NCBI GenBank assembly: GCA_963727525.1
Contig: CAVSGO010000007.1
Span: forward strand, 384,001 to 448,000
Direction: 5' to 3'
DNA from: an uncultured bacterium
Lineage (GTDB): Bacteria > Krumholzibacteriota > Krumholzibacteriia > LZORAL124-64-63
Length of the DNA stretch: 64,000 nt
Below, in pieces: positions 27,685-41,097 of the stretch (position 1 is the first letter of the stretch; each line of letters begins with the position of its first letter). The notes beneath the pieces were generated by a model. It was given only the letters and a program-made list of their open reading frames with translations, searched no databases and was not told where the DNA came from. Made by a program: the position numbers and the translations under genes.

Positions 27685-28830
27685 GTGGCGAAGAAGCAGC
27701 GACCTGGCGAGCTGGCAAAGATCCGCGACGACGCCGCGGCCGAGCGGCCCGCCGTTCGTGTGCGGCCCGGCGTGCCCGGCGCGAGTGGCGGCCTCGTATC
27801 GCCGGTGAGTCCGCGGCGGCGCACGTTGGCCGTCGAGGACTACGTGAACGGCGTGCGCAGCGGCGACCGCTCCCTGCTCGCGCGCGCGATCACACTCGTC
27901 GAATCGAATGCGCCGGCCCATTTCGAACCGGCTCAGGCCGTGGTCAAGGCGCTCCTGCCGTACGCGGGCAGCGCGGCGCGGGTCGGCATCACCGGCATTC
28001 CCGGCGCGGGCAAGAGCACGTTCATCGAGACCCTCGGCACTCTGCTCACCGCACAGGGCCATCGGGTCGCCGTCACGGCGGTCGATCCCTCGAGCAGTGT
28101 CAGCGGTGGCAGTGTGCTGGGCGACAAGACGCGTATGGAAGAGCTGGCCACCGATCCGCGCGCCTTCGTGCGGCCGTCGCCGTCGGGCGGCACGCTGGGC
28201 GGCGTCACCCGCAAGACACGCGAGACCATCCTTCTCTTCGAGGCCGCGGGGTACGACGTGGTACTGGTGGAGACCATGGGGGTGGGCCAGAGCGAGACCG
28301 TGGTGCGTTCGATGGTCGATTTCTTCCTGCTGCTGCTGGCTCCGAGCGGCGGCGACGAGTTGCAAGGCATCAAGAAGGGTGTGGTGGAGCTGGCCGATGC
28401 CATCGTCATCAACAAGGCTGACGGTGAGCGCAAGACGGAGGCCCAGCTCGCGCGGGCCGAGTACGAGCATGCCCTGCACTACCTGCGGCCGGCCACCGCG
28501 GGCTGGCAGACGCGCGCCTTCACCTGCTCGGCGCTCACCGGCGACGGCGTGTCCGACGTGTGGGACGTGATCGCCCGGTTCCTCGCACAGGCTCGTGAGA
28601 GCGGGGTACTCGCACGCCGCCGCCAGGCCCAGGAGCGCGAGTGGTTGCACGCCCTCGTGCGCGAGCAGCTGCTGGAGCGCTTCGGCCGCCATCCGGCGGT
28701 GCGCGCGTTGCTGCCGACGCTGGAGCAGCAGGTGGAGGCAGGGGAAGTGCCCGCCGTGACCGCCGCGCGGCAACTGCTCGCAGCCTTCGCGGCGGCGGCG
28801 GCACCTCCGGATAGGGGCAATCCGGACTAG
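27685..28830 (+). CDS. meaB: Methylmalonyl-CoA mutase-associated GTPase MeaB/ArgK
   Basis: LARAITLVES, GITGIPGAGKST, AVDPSS, LGDKTRM, VETMGVGQSE, GDELQGIKKG, NKADG. Start uncertain. Confidence 0.93.
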   Translation: MAKKQRPGELAKIRDDAAAERPAVRVRPGVPGASGGLVSPVSPRRRTLAVEDYVNGVRSGDRSLLARAITLVESNAPAHFEPAQAVVKALLPYAGSAARVGITGIPGAGKSTFIETLGTLLTAQGHRVAVTAVDPSSSVSGGSVLGDKTRMEELATDPRAFVRPSPSGGTLGGVTRKTRETILLFEAAGYDVVLVETMGVGQSETVVRSMVDFFLLLLAPSGGDELQGIKKGVVELADAIVINKADGERKTEAQLARAEYEHALHYLRPATAGWQTRAFTCSALTGDGVSDVWDVIARFLAQARESGVLARRRQAQEREWLHALVREQLLERFGRHPAVRALLPTLEQQVEAGEVPAVTAARQLLAAFAAAAAPPDRGNPD

Positions 28831-28933
28831 TCACCGGCACGGTCGCTGTGTACATTTCCCTACCGACATCCTTCGCCGTGCCAGGACATCTTGCGTCTTG
28901 GCATCTTGCCAACCCGAGTCCGAGGACGCCGCC

Positions 28934-30538
28934 ATGTGCTCGCTGGATCCCGCCGCTCTGCCCACCGTGCAGCTCTCCGACACCCTCACCGGACGCAAGG
29001 TCGCGTTGACCACCGTGGAGCCGGGCAAGGTCGGGATCTACTGCTGCGGGCCGACGGTGTACGACATGAGCCACATCGGTCACGCCCGCGCGGCCCTCGC
29101 CCCGGACATCATCGTGCGCGCCCTGCGCTGGCTTGGCTACACCGTCACCTACGTGCGCAACATCACGGACATCGACGACAAGATCATCGCTCGGGCCCAG
29201 CAACAGGGCGTGCCGGCGGCCGAGGTTGCGGCGCGCTACACGGCCGAGTACCACAAGGATCTCGACGCGCTCGGCATGATCGAGCCCGACGTGGAGCCAC
29301 GCGTGAGCGAGCACATCCCCGAGATCCTCGACCTCGTGGACGCGCTCCTGCACCAGGGCCTCGCCTACCAGGTCGACGGCGACGTGTATTTCCGTGTCGG
29401 GGCATTCCGTTCGTACGGCCAGCTCAGCAAGCGCAATCTCGACGAGATGCTCGACGGCGCCGGCAGCCGCGTGGGCGTGGACGAGCGCAAGGAGAGTCCC
29501 CTGGACTTCGCCCTCTGGAAGGCGGCCAAGCCCGGCGAGCCGTTCTGGCAGAGCCCGTGGGGGCCGGGCCGGCCGGGCTGGCACATCGAATGTTCGGCCA
29601 TGAGTTCCACCCATCTCGGCGAGACTTTCGATATCCACACGGGCGGGCGCGACCTCATCTTTCCCCACCACGAGAACGAGATCGCCCAGAGCCAGGGCGC
29701 GCACGGCGAGGGCACCTTCGCCCGCCACTGGGTGCACAATGGCTTCATCAACTTCGCGGGCGAGAAGATGTCCAAGAGCCTGGGCAACTTCTCCACCATC
29801 CGCGAGATCCTCACGCGCTACCCGGGCGAGTCGTTGCGCTACTTCCTGCTGACCGTGCACTACCGCAGCGGGCTGAACTTCGATGTCGAGGTCACCTGTC
29901 CAGCCTGCGGCGCCGAGATGGGGGAGGCCGCCCAGGACGCCGGGCTTTGCGACGCGTGCCAGCACCAGTGCGACGCGGCGCAGATCAAGCAGCGGATGCG
30001 CTTCCCGAGCCTCGAGGAGGCCGACGATCGCGCGTCCTACGTCTATACGACCCTCCTCGGTGTGCGGCAGGCGCTGGCCAGCGGCGCGCCGTCCGATCTC
30101 GAGGGCGAGGTCACCGAGGGCGTCGCCGGTCTGCGCGAGGGATTCCGGGAGGCCATGCTCAATGATTTCAACGCCCCGGCGGCCCTGGGCGTGCTCAGCA
30201 AGCCCCTGAGCGAGGTCAACGGCCTGCTGGCTTCGGCCAAGGGCGTCGACAAGCAGAGACGCCGGCGTACGCTGGCCCGCTTCGCGGCCGAGATCGCGGA
30301 GGTGGGCGATGTGCTGGGGCTCTTCCGGGCCGATCCGGAGGCCTGGCTCGCCCGACGGCGCGACCTCAAGGCGGCGCGTATGGGGCTGGATGTGGCGCGG
30401 GTCGAGAGCCTGGTCGCCGAGCGCGCGGCCGCCAGGCAGGCGCGCGATTTCGCCGGCGCGGATCGTGTGCGTGACGAGTTGCTCGCCCTCGGGGTGACCG
30501 TCCAGGATGGCGCCGACGGCACGGGGTGGTCCCTCTGA
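28934..30538 (+). CDS. cysS: Cysteine--tRNA ligase with a Cys-rich insertion
   Basis: CGPTVY, HIGH, DFALWK, GRPGWHIECSAM, DLIFPHHENE, KMSKSLGN. Confidence 0.97.
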   Translation: MCSLDPAALPTVQLSDTLTGRKVALTTVEPGKVGIYCCGPTVYDMSHIGHARAALAPDIIVRALRWLGYTVTYVRNITDIDDKIIARAQQQGVPAAEVAARYTAEYHKDLDALGMIEPDVEPRVSEHIPEILDLVDALLHQGLAYQVDGDVYFRVGAFRSYGQLSKRNLDEMLDGAGSRVGVDERKESPLDFALWKAAKPGEPFWQSPWGPGRPGWHIECSAMSSTHLGETFDIHTGGRDLIFPHHENEIAQSQGAHGEGTFARHWVHNGFINFAGEKMSKSLGNFSTIREILTRYPGESLRYFLLTVHYRSGLNFDVEVTCPACGAEMGEAAQDAGLCDACQHQCDAAQIKQRMRFPSLEEADDRASYVYTTLLGVRQALASGAPSDLEGEVTEGVAGLREGFREAMLNDFNAPAALGVLSKPLSEVNGLLASAKGVDKQRRRRTLARFAAEIAEVGDVLGLFRADPEAWLARRRDLKAARMGLDVARVESLVAERAAARQARDFAGADRVRDELLALGVTVQDGADGTGWSL

Positions 30539-30699
30539 CACGGTCGCCTTTTCGCGAAAGTCCCTGACGTACTGGCCGATAATCCTTTTGCAACGCCGAC
30601 TCCTGTCCAGCGGTCAGGCGTCGCGTGAACAATTGGGAGATCTCATCGGCCCGTACCGGTCCGGACGGCTGCGCCCAGCGTCCGGCGGGAGACGTAGCG

Positions 30700-34962
<4,263 letters not shown>

Positions 34963-35060
34963 CTGCCCGCCAATTCCCCTTGCGGAACCAGGACCTTATC
35001 GGTAGTCTCTTTGCTCACCCTATCCGCGCCGGTAGGCGCTCCAGGCAAGGAGTTATCGAT

Positions 35061-35930
35061 ATGCGCAGGCTGACATTATGCGTCCTCTTGCTGGCCGGTC
35101 TGGCTGGCTGCAGCGGCTCCACGAAATCGACCCCCACCCTCAAATTCACCGCGATCCCCGATCAGAACAGCACCGAGTTGCAGGAGAAGTTCGCGCCGCT
35201 AGCCGCCTACCTGGCGCAGACGCTCGGTGTGAAGGTGGAATACGTCCCGGCGCGCGATTACCAGGCCTGTGTCGAGATGTTCCGCAATGGCGACGTCCAG
35301 CTTGCCTGGTTCGGTGGGCTCACCGGCGTGCAGGCGCGCCATTTCGTGCCCGGGGCCACGGCCATCGCTCAGGGCGCCGTCGATCCGACCTACTATTCCT
35401 ACTTCATCGCCAATGCGAGCACGGGACTCGAACGCGGCCCCGACTTTCCGATGGCATTCAAGGATCTCGCTTTCACTTTTGGCTCCGAGAGCTCGACCAG
35501 CGGTCGCCTCATGCCCGAGTACTTCATTCACGAGGCCACCGGCAAGTCGCCCGCCGAGTTCTTCACGCAGCCCTTCGGCTTCTCCGGCAGCCACGACAAG
35601 ACCTGCGAACTCGTGGCCTCGGGCCGTTACCAGGCTGGCGTCGTGAACTACAAGGTCTACGACAAGCGGGTCGCCGCGGGCACCACGGACTCCAGCGCCG
35701 TCAAGGTCATCTGGAAGACGCCCACCTTCGCCGACTACAACTTCACGGCGCACCCGGCGCTCGAGACCATGTTCGGCAAGGGCTTCACCAAGCGGCTCCA
35801 GGATGCTCTCATCGCGATCGATGACCCCACCCTGCTGGCGGCCCTGCCCCGGCAGAAGCTCGTTCCCGCGCATAACGAGGAATTCGCCGGCATCGAGCAG
35901 GTGGCTCGTGATCTCGACATGCTTCGCTGA
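35061..35930 (+). CDS. PhnD-like ABC substrate-binding lipoprotein (putative selenate-type subfamily)
   Basis: Lipobox LAGC; AIPDQ, AWFGGLTGVQAR, FTFGSESSTSGRLMP, GFSGSHDKT. Confidence 0.8.
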   Translation: MRRLTLCVLLLAGLAGCSGSTKSTPTLKFTAIPDQNSTELQEKFAPLAAYLAQTLGVKVEYVPARDYQACVEMFRNGDVQLAWFGGLTGVQARHFVPGATAIAQGAVDPTYYSYFIANASTGLERGPDFPMAFKDLAFTFGSESSTSGRLMPEYFIHEATGKSPAEFFTQPFGFSGSHDKTCELVASGRYQAGVVNYKVYDKRVAAGTTDSSAVKVIWKTPTFADYNFTAHPALETMFGKGFTKRLQDALIAIDDPTLLAALPRQKLVPAHNEEFAGIEQVARDLDMLR

Positions 35931-35934
35931 CGAG

Positions 35935-36705
35935 GTGGCGGGCGGCTTCTCCTTGGCTGCGGTGACCGTGCGCTTCGGTACGGTCACCGCCCTGCACGCC
36001 GTCGACCTGACGCTGGCACCGGGCGAACTGGTGGGCCTGGTCGGTCCCAGCGGTGCCGGCAAGACCACGTTGCTACGCTTGCTCAACGGCAGCGCCCGGG
36101 CGGCCAGTGGGCAGGTGGTTGCGGGAGGACGCGATCTCGCGTCGATGTCCCCGCGCGAATTGCGGCGAATGCGGGCCGCCATCGGTGTCGTGCACCAGGA
36201 CCTGCGCCTCGTGCCGAATCTGCGTGTGAGTCAGAACGTCCAGGCCGGCGGCTTCGGCCGCCAGAGTCTCCTGGAGTCGGCGCGGGCGATGTGGTTTCCG
36301 CGACGCGCCGACGTCGAGCGCGCGCACGCCCTGCTTGAACGTGTCGGCGTGGCGGACAAGCTCTTTCACCGCGTCGATCATCTGTCGGGTGGCCAGCAGC
36401 AGCGGGTTGCCCTGGCTCGCGCCCTCTACCAGCAGCCACAGGCGCTCCTGGCCGATGAACCGGTGGCCAGCGTCGATCCGACGCGAGCCAGGGATCTCGT
36501 GGCTCTCCTGACCGACGTGTGCCGTGAGCGCGGTCTGACCCTCGTCATGAGCCTGCACAATCTCGATCTGGCGCGGGAGTTCTTTCCCCGTCTGGTTGGA
36601 CTGCGCGCGGGGCGTGTCGTGCTCGATGGCCCCCCGGATCGCCTCGATGACGCGAGCTTCCGTGCGCTCTACGAGCTGCCGCCGGCGCGGGCGGTGGGTC
36701 CGTGA
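35935..36705 (+). CDS. PhnC-like ABC ATP-binding protein
   Basis: GPSGAGKTT, LSGGQQQRVALAR, LLADEPVASVDP. Start uncertain. Confidence 0.88.
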   Translation: MAGGFSLAAVTVRFGTVTALHAVDLTLAPGELVGLVGPSGAGKTTLLRLLNGSARAASGQVVAGGRDLASMSPRELRRMRAAIGVVHQDLRLVPNLRVSQNVQAGGFGRQSLLESARAMWFPRRADVERAHALLERVGVADKLFHRVDHLSGGQQQRVALARALYQQPQALLADEPVASVDPTRARDLVALLTDVCRERGLTLVMSLHNLDLAREFFPRLVGLRAGRVVLDGPPDRLDDASFRALYELPPARAVGP

Positions 36706-37616
36706 CGGTGCTCGAGAGGCGGCCGCCCTGGCGCGGCTCCGGCCTTCATGTCGGTCCCTATGCCACCCGCTTGCTCGTGGTCGGGGCGCTCCTGGCCGCC
36801 GGCTTGTGGGCCGTCGTCACGTTGCGTGTGGGGTGGACCGCCATCTGGCCCGGACCGGGCGGCTGGCGCCTCGCGCACGCCTTCTTCGGGCGTATCGTCC
36901 ATCCGGCGCTCACCTATCAGGGCGCCGATGTACCCATCAGCGCACCGCCGATCCTCCTGCAAGCCGCCCGGGCGGCGTGGCTCACCGTGGTCTTCGCAGC
37001 GGCATCGATGGTTCCCGGCGTGCTGCTGGGACTTGTCCTCGGTTTCGGCGGCGCCAGCGCCTGGTGGGCGACCGACCGCGAACGCGGCGCGCGCGAGGGA
37101 CGTCGGCGCCTGCAGGTCGCCGCGATCGTCGGTCCCGCCATCTCGGGCGCCTGCCGGTTGGTGGCGGTGATCATGCGTTCCGTGCATGAACTCCTGTGGG
37201 CGGTGCTCTTTCTCGCGGCATTCGGGATCACGCCGCTGTCGGCGCTGCTGGCTCTGGCCCTGCCCTACGCCGGCACGCTCGCCAAGGTCTTCGCCGAGCT
37301 GATCGACGAGGCTCCACGCGACGCCGCGGGCGCCCTGCGCGAGGCAGGCGCGTCGCCGGTGCAGGTGTTCTGCTTCGGGCTGCTCCCGCGGGCCTTGCCC
37401 GACATGATCGCATACACCCTCTACCGTTTCGAGTGCGCCCTGCGTTCGTCCGCTGTGCTCGGGTTCTTCGGATTCCCGACTCTCGGGTACTTCATCGCCG
37501 CGTCTTTCGAGAACCTGTACTTCGGCGAGGTGTGGACCTACCTCGACACCTTGATCGTGCTGGTCGTGCTGGTCGACTGGTGGAGCGGCGCGATCCGGCG
37601 GAGGCTGGTGACATGA
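36702..37616 (+). CDS. PhnE-like ABC permease
   Basis: RSVHELLWA, AKVFAE, YRFECALRSSAVLG. Confidence 0.88.
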   Translation: MTVLERRPPWRGSGLHVGPYATRLLVVGALLAAGLWAVVTLRVGWTAIWPGPGGWRLAHAFFGRIVHPALTYQGADVPISAPPILLQAARAAWLTVVFAAASMVPGVLLGLVLGFGGASAWWATDRERGAREGRRRLQVAAIVGPAISGACRLVAVIMRSVHELLWAVLFLAAFGITPLSALLALALPYAGTLAKVFAELIDEAPRDAAGALREAGASPVQVFCFGLLPRALPDMIAYTLYRFECALRSSAVLGFFGFPTLGYFIAASFENLYFGEVWTYLDTLIVLVVLVDWWSGAIRRRLVT

Positions 37617-38527
37617 GCGAGCGCCGACAGGAGATCGCGCGCTTGCGACGGGAGCGGCCGCGCAGTCCGTTCCTGCGGACGTCCGCGGCCTTCGTCGGCG
37701 TGCTCGCACTGACCGCGTGGGCGAGCGGCGGGTTCTTCTCGGGCGAGACCTGGTCCGCGCGGCGCGCGGGCAATCTCAAGAGGTTCCTCGGCGAGATCGT
37801 ACCCTGGCCGCTGCAGGGGCAACCATGGGACTGGTCCACGGCTGCGCACTGGGCGCACGGACTCTGGACCGACCACTACCATGCCGCCGCCCGCGCCACC
37901 CTGGCGATCAGTATCATGGCCATCATCCTCGCTGCGGTCATGGCGGCCGCGACGGCGCTCCTGGCAGCGCGCAACGTGACGCGGCCCGATCCATTCCTGC
38001 CGTCACCGCGCACGGTGCGACCGGCGACGCGGCGCGCGACGGGGGCCGTGGTCTGGACGGTGCGCGCCGTCTACATCTGGCTACGTGCCATTCCCGAGTA
38101 CGTCTGGGCATTTCTTCTGCTGGCCCTCTACGGGCCGCGGGCCTGGCCGCTCGTGCTGGCGCTCGCACTGCACAACACGGGCATCCTCGGCAAGCTCACG
38201 GCCGATGTCGTCGAGAATCTCGAGCAGCCCACGCTCGCCGCTCTGCGCGGCCTCGGCGCGAGCCGCGCGCAGATCGCCCTGGCGGGGATCTTCCCGCTGG
38301 CGGTCAACCGCGTCCTGCTCTACGTCTTCTATCGCTGGGAGACATGCGTGCGCGAGGCGACGGTGCTGGGGATGCTCGGCATGGTGTCGCTGGGATACTG
38401 GATCCAGGACGCGCGAGCACGCAACCGCTACGATGAGATGGTGCTCGGGATCATCATCGGCGCGGTGATGGTCGTGGTCGGCGACCTCGTCTCGGCGGGG
38501 GCACGTTGGTTCGTCCGCCGGGCTTGA
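37613..38527 (+). CDS. Second PhnE-like ABC permease
   Basis: RAIPEYVWA, GILGKL, YRWETCVREATVLG; ATGA overlap. Confidence 0.88.
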   Translation: MSERRQEIARLRRERPRSPFLRTSAAFVGVLALTAWASGGFFSGETWSARRAGNLKRFLGEIVPWPLQGQPWDWSTAAHWAHGLWTDHYHAAARATLAISIMAIILAAVMAAATALLAARNVTRPDPFLPSPRTVRPATRRATGAVVWTVRAVYIWLRAIPEYVWAFLLLALYGPRAWPLVLALALHNTGILGKLTADVVENLEQPTLAALRGLGASRAQIALAGIFPLAVNRVLLYVFYRWETCVREATVLGMLGMVSLGYWIQDARARNRYDEMVLGIIIGAVMVVVGDLVSAGARWFVRRA

Positions 38528-38577
38528 CCACCGTCGCGCATCCGGGGCGGCGAGTGGTTCATGGCGGTGATATCCTC

Positions 38578-39951
38578 ATGACGGTGACGATCGACGCGGG
38601 TCGCGTACGGCGACTGGCAGAGGGGCCGCCCGGTGCCGGGCCGGTGCTCTACTGGATGCAGCGCGATCAGCGCGCCCACGACAACTGGGCTCTGTTGCAC
38701 GCCCAGCAACTCGCGCTCGCTCGGAATCGTCCACTCGTCGTGGTGTTTTGCCTCGCGACGGGCGTCCAGGGCGCGCCGCGGCGGCACTATCGCTTCATGC
38801 TCGAAGGCCTGCGCGAGACGGCTGCCGACCTCGCCGCACACGGCATCGGCTTCGTGTTGCGTCGGGGGCTGCCGGGGCAGGAGATCCCGGCGTGCGTGAC
38901 GGCCCTGGACGGTGCGGCGCTCGTCATCGACGTCAATCCGCTGCGAATACCTCGCCGCTGGCGCGCGGACGTGCTCGCGAAGGTGGCGACGCCGGTGGAC
39001 GAGGTCGACGCGCACAACGTCGTGCCATTGTGGCAGGCCAGCGGCAAGCAGGAGTACGCGGCGCGCACGATGCGACCGAAGGTGACCCGCCTGCTACCGC
39101 GCTATCTCGTGGAGATCCCACCCCTGCATCCCCATCCTCACGCCTGGTCGCAGGCGTCGGACAAGGTCGATGTGGCTGGGCTGCTCGGCGACCTGCGTCC
39201 TGCCGACCACGGTCCTTCGGTCACCTGGATCGTGCCAGGGGCGCGGGCGGCTGCGCAGGCTCTCGACCGGTTCGTGCAAGAGCGACTGGTGCACTACGAC
39301 GCTGGCCGCAACGACCCGACGGTGGACCTGCAGTCGGATCTGTCGCCGTACTTCCACTTCGGCCAGCTCGCACCCCAGCGCGCCGCGCTGGCGGCCGCCC
39401 GCCATGCGCAGGACGACGCATCCCGCGACGCGTACCTCGAGGAGCTGATCGTGCGGCGCGAGCTGTCGGACAACTTCTGCCACTACAATCCCGACTACGA
39501 TGACTTCGGGGGCTTCCCCGACTGGGCGCAGCGGACGCTCAGCGCGCACGCAGATGATCCGCGCGAGTACGTCTACGGCCGCGAGACCTTCGAGGCGGCA
39601 GCCACCCATGATCCCCTGTGGAACGCGGCGCAACAGGAGATGGTGGTGCGCGGCAAGATGCACGGCTACCTGCGCATGTACTGGGCGAAGCAGATCCTGG
39701 CCTGGAGCCGCGATCCGGCCGAGGCCCTGGCCACGGCGATCGCCCTGAACGACCGCTACGAGCTGGATGGTCGCGACCCCAACGGTTACGTGGGCTGTGC
39801 CTGGAGCGTGGGCGGCGTGCACGATCGTCCCTGGATAGAGCGCCCTGTCTTCGGGACGATCCGCTGTATGACCCGGACGGGTTGCCAGCGCAAGTTCCGG
39901 GTCGACCGCTACATCGACCAAGTGGCGCGTCTCGTGCGGGAGAGCGCCTGA
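38578..39951 (+). CDS. phr: Class II CPD DNA photolyase
   Basis: YWMQRDQRAHDNWAL, VDAHNVVP, SDLSPYFHFGQL, VRRELSDNF, MHGYLRMYWAK, DGRDPNGY, HDRPW. Confidence 0.95.
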   Translation: MTVTIDAGRVRRLAEGPPGAGPVLYWMQRDQRAHDNWALLHAQQLALARNRPLVVVFCLATGVQGAPRRHYRFMLEGLRETAADLAAHGIGFVLRRGLPGQEIPACVTALDGAALVIDVNPLRIPRRWRADVLAKVATPVDEVDAHNVVPLWQASGKQEYAARTMRPKVTRLLPRYLVEIPPLHPHPHAWSQASDKVDVAGLLGDLRPADHGPSVTWIVPGARAAAQALDRFVQERLVHYDAGRNDPTVDLQSDLSPYFHFGQLAPQRAALAAARHAQDDASRDAYLEELIVRRELSDNFCHYNPDYDDFGGFPDWAQRTLSAHADDPREYVYGRETFEAAATHDPLWNAAQQEMVVRGKMHGYLRMYWAKQILAWSRDPAEALATAIALNDRYELDGRDPNGYVGCAWSVGGVHDRPWIERPVFGTIRCMTRTGCQRKFRVDRYIDQVARLVRESA

Positions 39952-40098
39952 TGCGCATCCACACTCTGCGGCGCACGCAGACCGTGGTCGCCGAATCCGG
40001 GTCAGCGGCGTGCCGATGCACTGGCGCACGTTGATCACCATAACCGGGTCATCGCCGAGCGATTCGGGGCGCTGTCGGCGGAGGGGAAGTCACCATGA
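39951..40098 (+). pseudogene. Remnant of an SRPBCC-family gene with internal deletions
   Basis: Three fragments in shifted frames: MRIHTLRRTQ, GVPMHWRTLIT and HNRVIAERFG..stop, with start/stop overlaps to both neighbours. Confidence 0.6.
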
Positions 40099-41093
40099 CG
40101 AACGCGCGGACCAAGCCCGATGACGACGACATGACGCGAGCCGCCGCCACACCCATCCGGGTAGGCGTGAGCACCTGCCTGCTCGGCGAGGAGGTGCGCT
40201 GGGACGGCGGGCACAAGCGCGACCACTACGTTCGCGACATTCTCGGGCGATACTTCAGCTTCTATCCTGTCTGTCCCGAGGTGGAGGTGGGCATGGGCAC
40301 GCCGCGCGAGCCCATCCACCTGGTGGACGACATCGCCGCGCCCCGTCTCGTGGGCACGCGCAGCGGCGAGGACTGGACGCAGCGCATGCAGGTGTACAGC
40401 CGGAAACGCGTCGCCGAGATCGCGGCGGCCGGGCTCAGCGGCTACATCCTCAAGCGCGCCTCGCCGAGTTGCGGGATGGAGCGGGTCAAGGTAAAATCGG
40501 GGCACGGTATGCCGCGGAAGGCGGGGCGCGGGCTCTTCGCCGCCGAGCTCTTGCGGCGGCTGCCCCTGCTGCCGATGGAGGAGGAGGGGCGGCTGAACGA
40601 CGCCGGTCTGCGCGAGAATTTCATCGTGCGCGTCTTCGCCTACCATCGCGTCCAAGGCGTGTTCACGGGGCGCTTCCGGCGCGGCGACGTGGTGGCATTC
40701 CATACCCGCGAGAAATTCCTGCTGATGGCGCATAGCCCGCGTCACTTCCGGGAGCTGGGCAAGCTGGTCGCGAGGATCAAGGACGTGCCGCCGGCGACGT
40801 TCCGCGAACAGTACCTCGCGCTCTACATGCAGACGCTGGCAGTGCACAGTACCACGCGCAAGAACGTGGACGTGCTGCAGCACGTGCTCGGCTATCTCAA
40901 GCAGGACCTTCCGGCAGCCCAGAAGCAGGATATCCTCGCCGAGATCGAGAAGTACAGGCGCCAGGAGGTGCCGCTGATCGTGCCGCTGACGTTGTTGGGG
41001 CACTACCTCAAGATGCACGACGTGACGTATCTGCTGGAGCAGGCGTACCTGCAGCCGGCGCCAGCCGAGCTGGCACTGCGCAATCACGTCTGA
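40095..41093 (+). CDS. DUF523 (TudS thiouracil desulfidase-like) + DUF1722 fusion (YbgA/RudS-like)
   Basis: GVSTCLLG, VCPEVEVG, SPSCG, EEEGRLND..LRENF, FHTREKFLLMAHSP. Confidence 0.9.
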   Translation: MTNARTKPDDDDMTRAAATPIRVGVSTCLLGEEVRWDGGHKRDHYVRDILGRYFSFYPVCPEVEVGMGTPREPIHLVDDIAAPRLVGTRSGEDWTQRMQVYSRKRVAEIAAAGLSGYILKRASPSCGMERVKVKSGHGMPRKAGRGLFAAELLRRLPLLPMEEEGRLNDAGLRENFIVRVFAYHRVQGVFTGRFRRGDVVAFHTREKFLLMAHSPRHFRELGKLVARIKDVPPATFREQYLALYMQTLAVHSTTRKNVDVLQHVLGYLKQDLPAAQKQDILAEIEKYRRQEVPLIVPLTLLGHYLKMHDVTYLLEQAYLQPAPAELALRNHV

Positions 41094-41097
41094 GCGG

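Noticed and set aside
27523-28773. 662-aa thioesterase ORF extension
   Set aside because: Antisense to meaB; thioesterase similarity begins at 27522.
35928-35990. Selenocysteine read-through of the TGA ending the putative selenate-binding protein
   Set aside because: The protein is already full length and the read-through frame is not protein-like.
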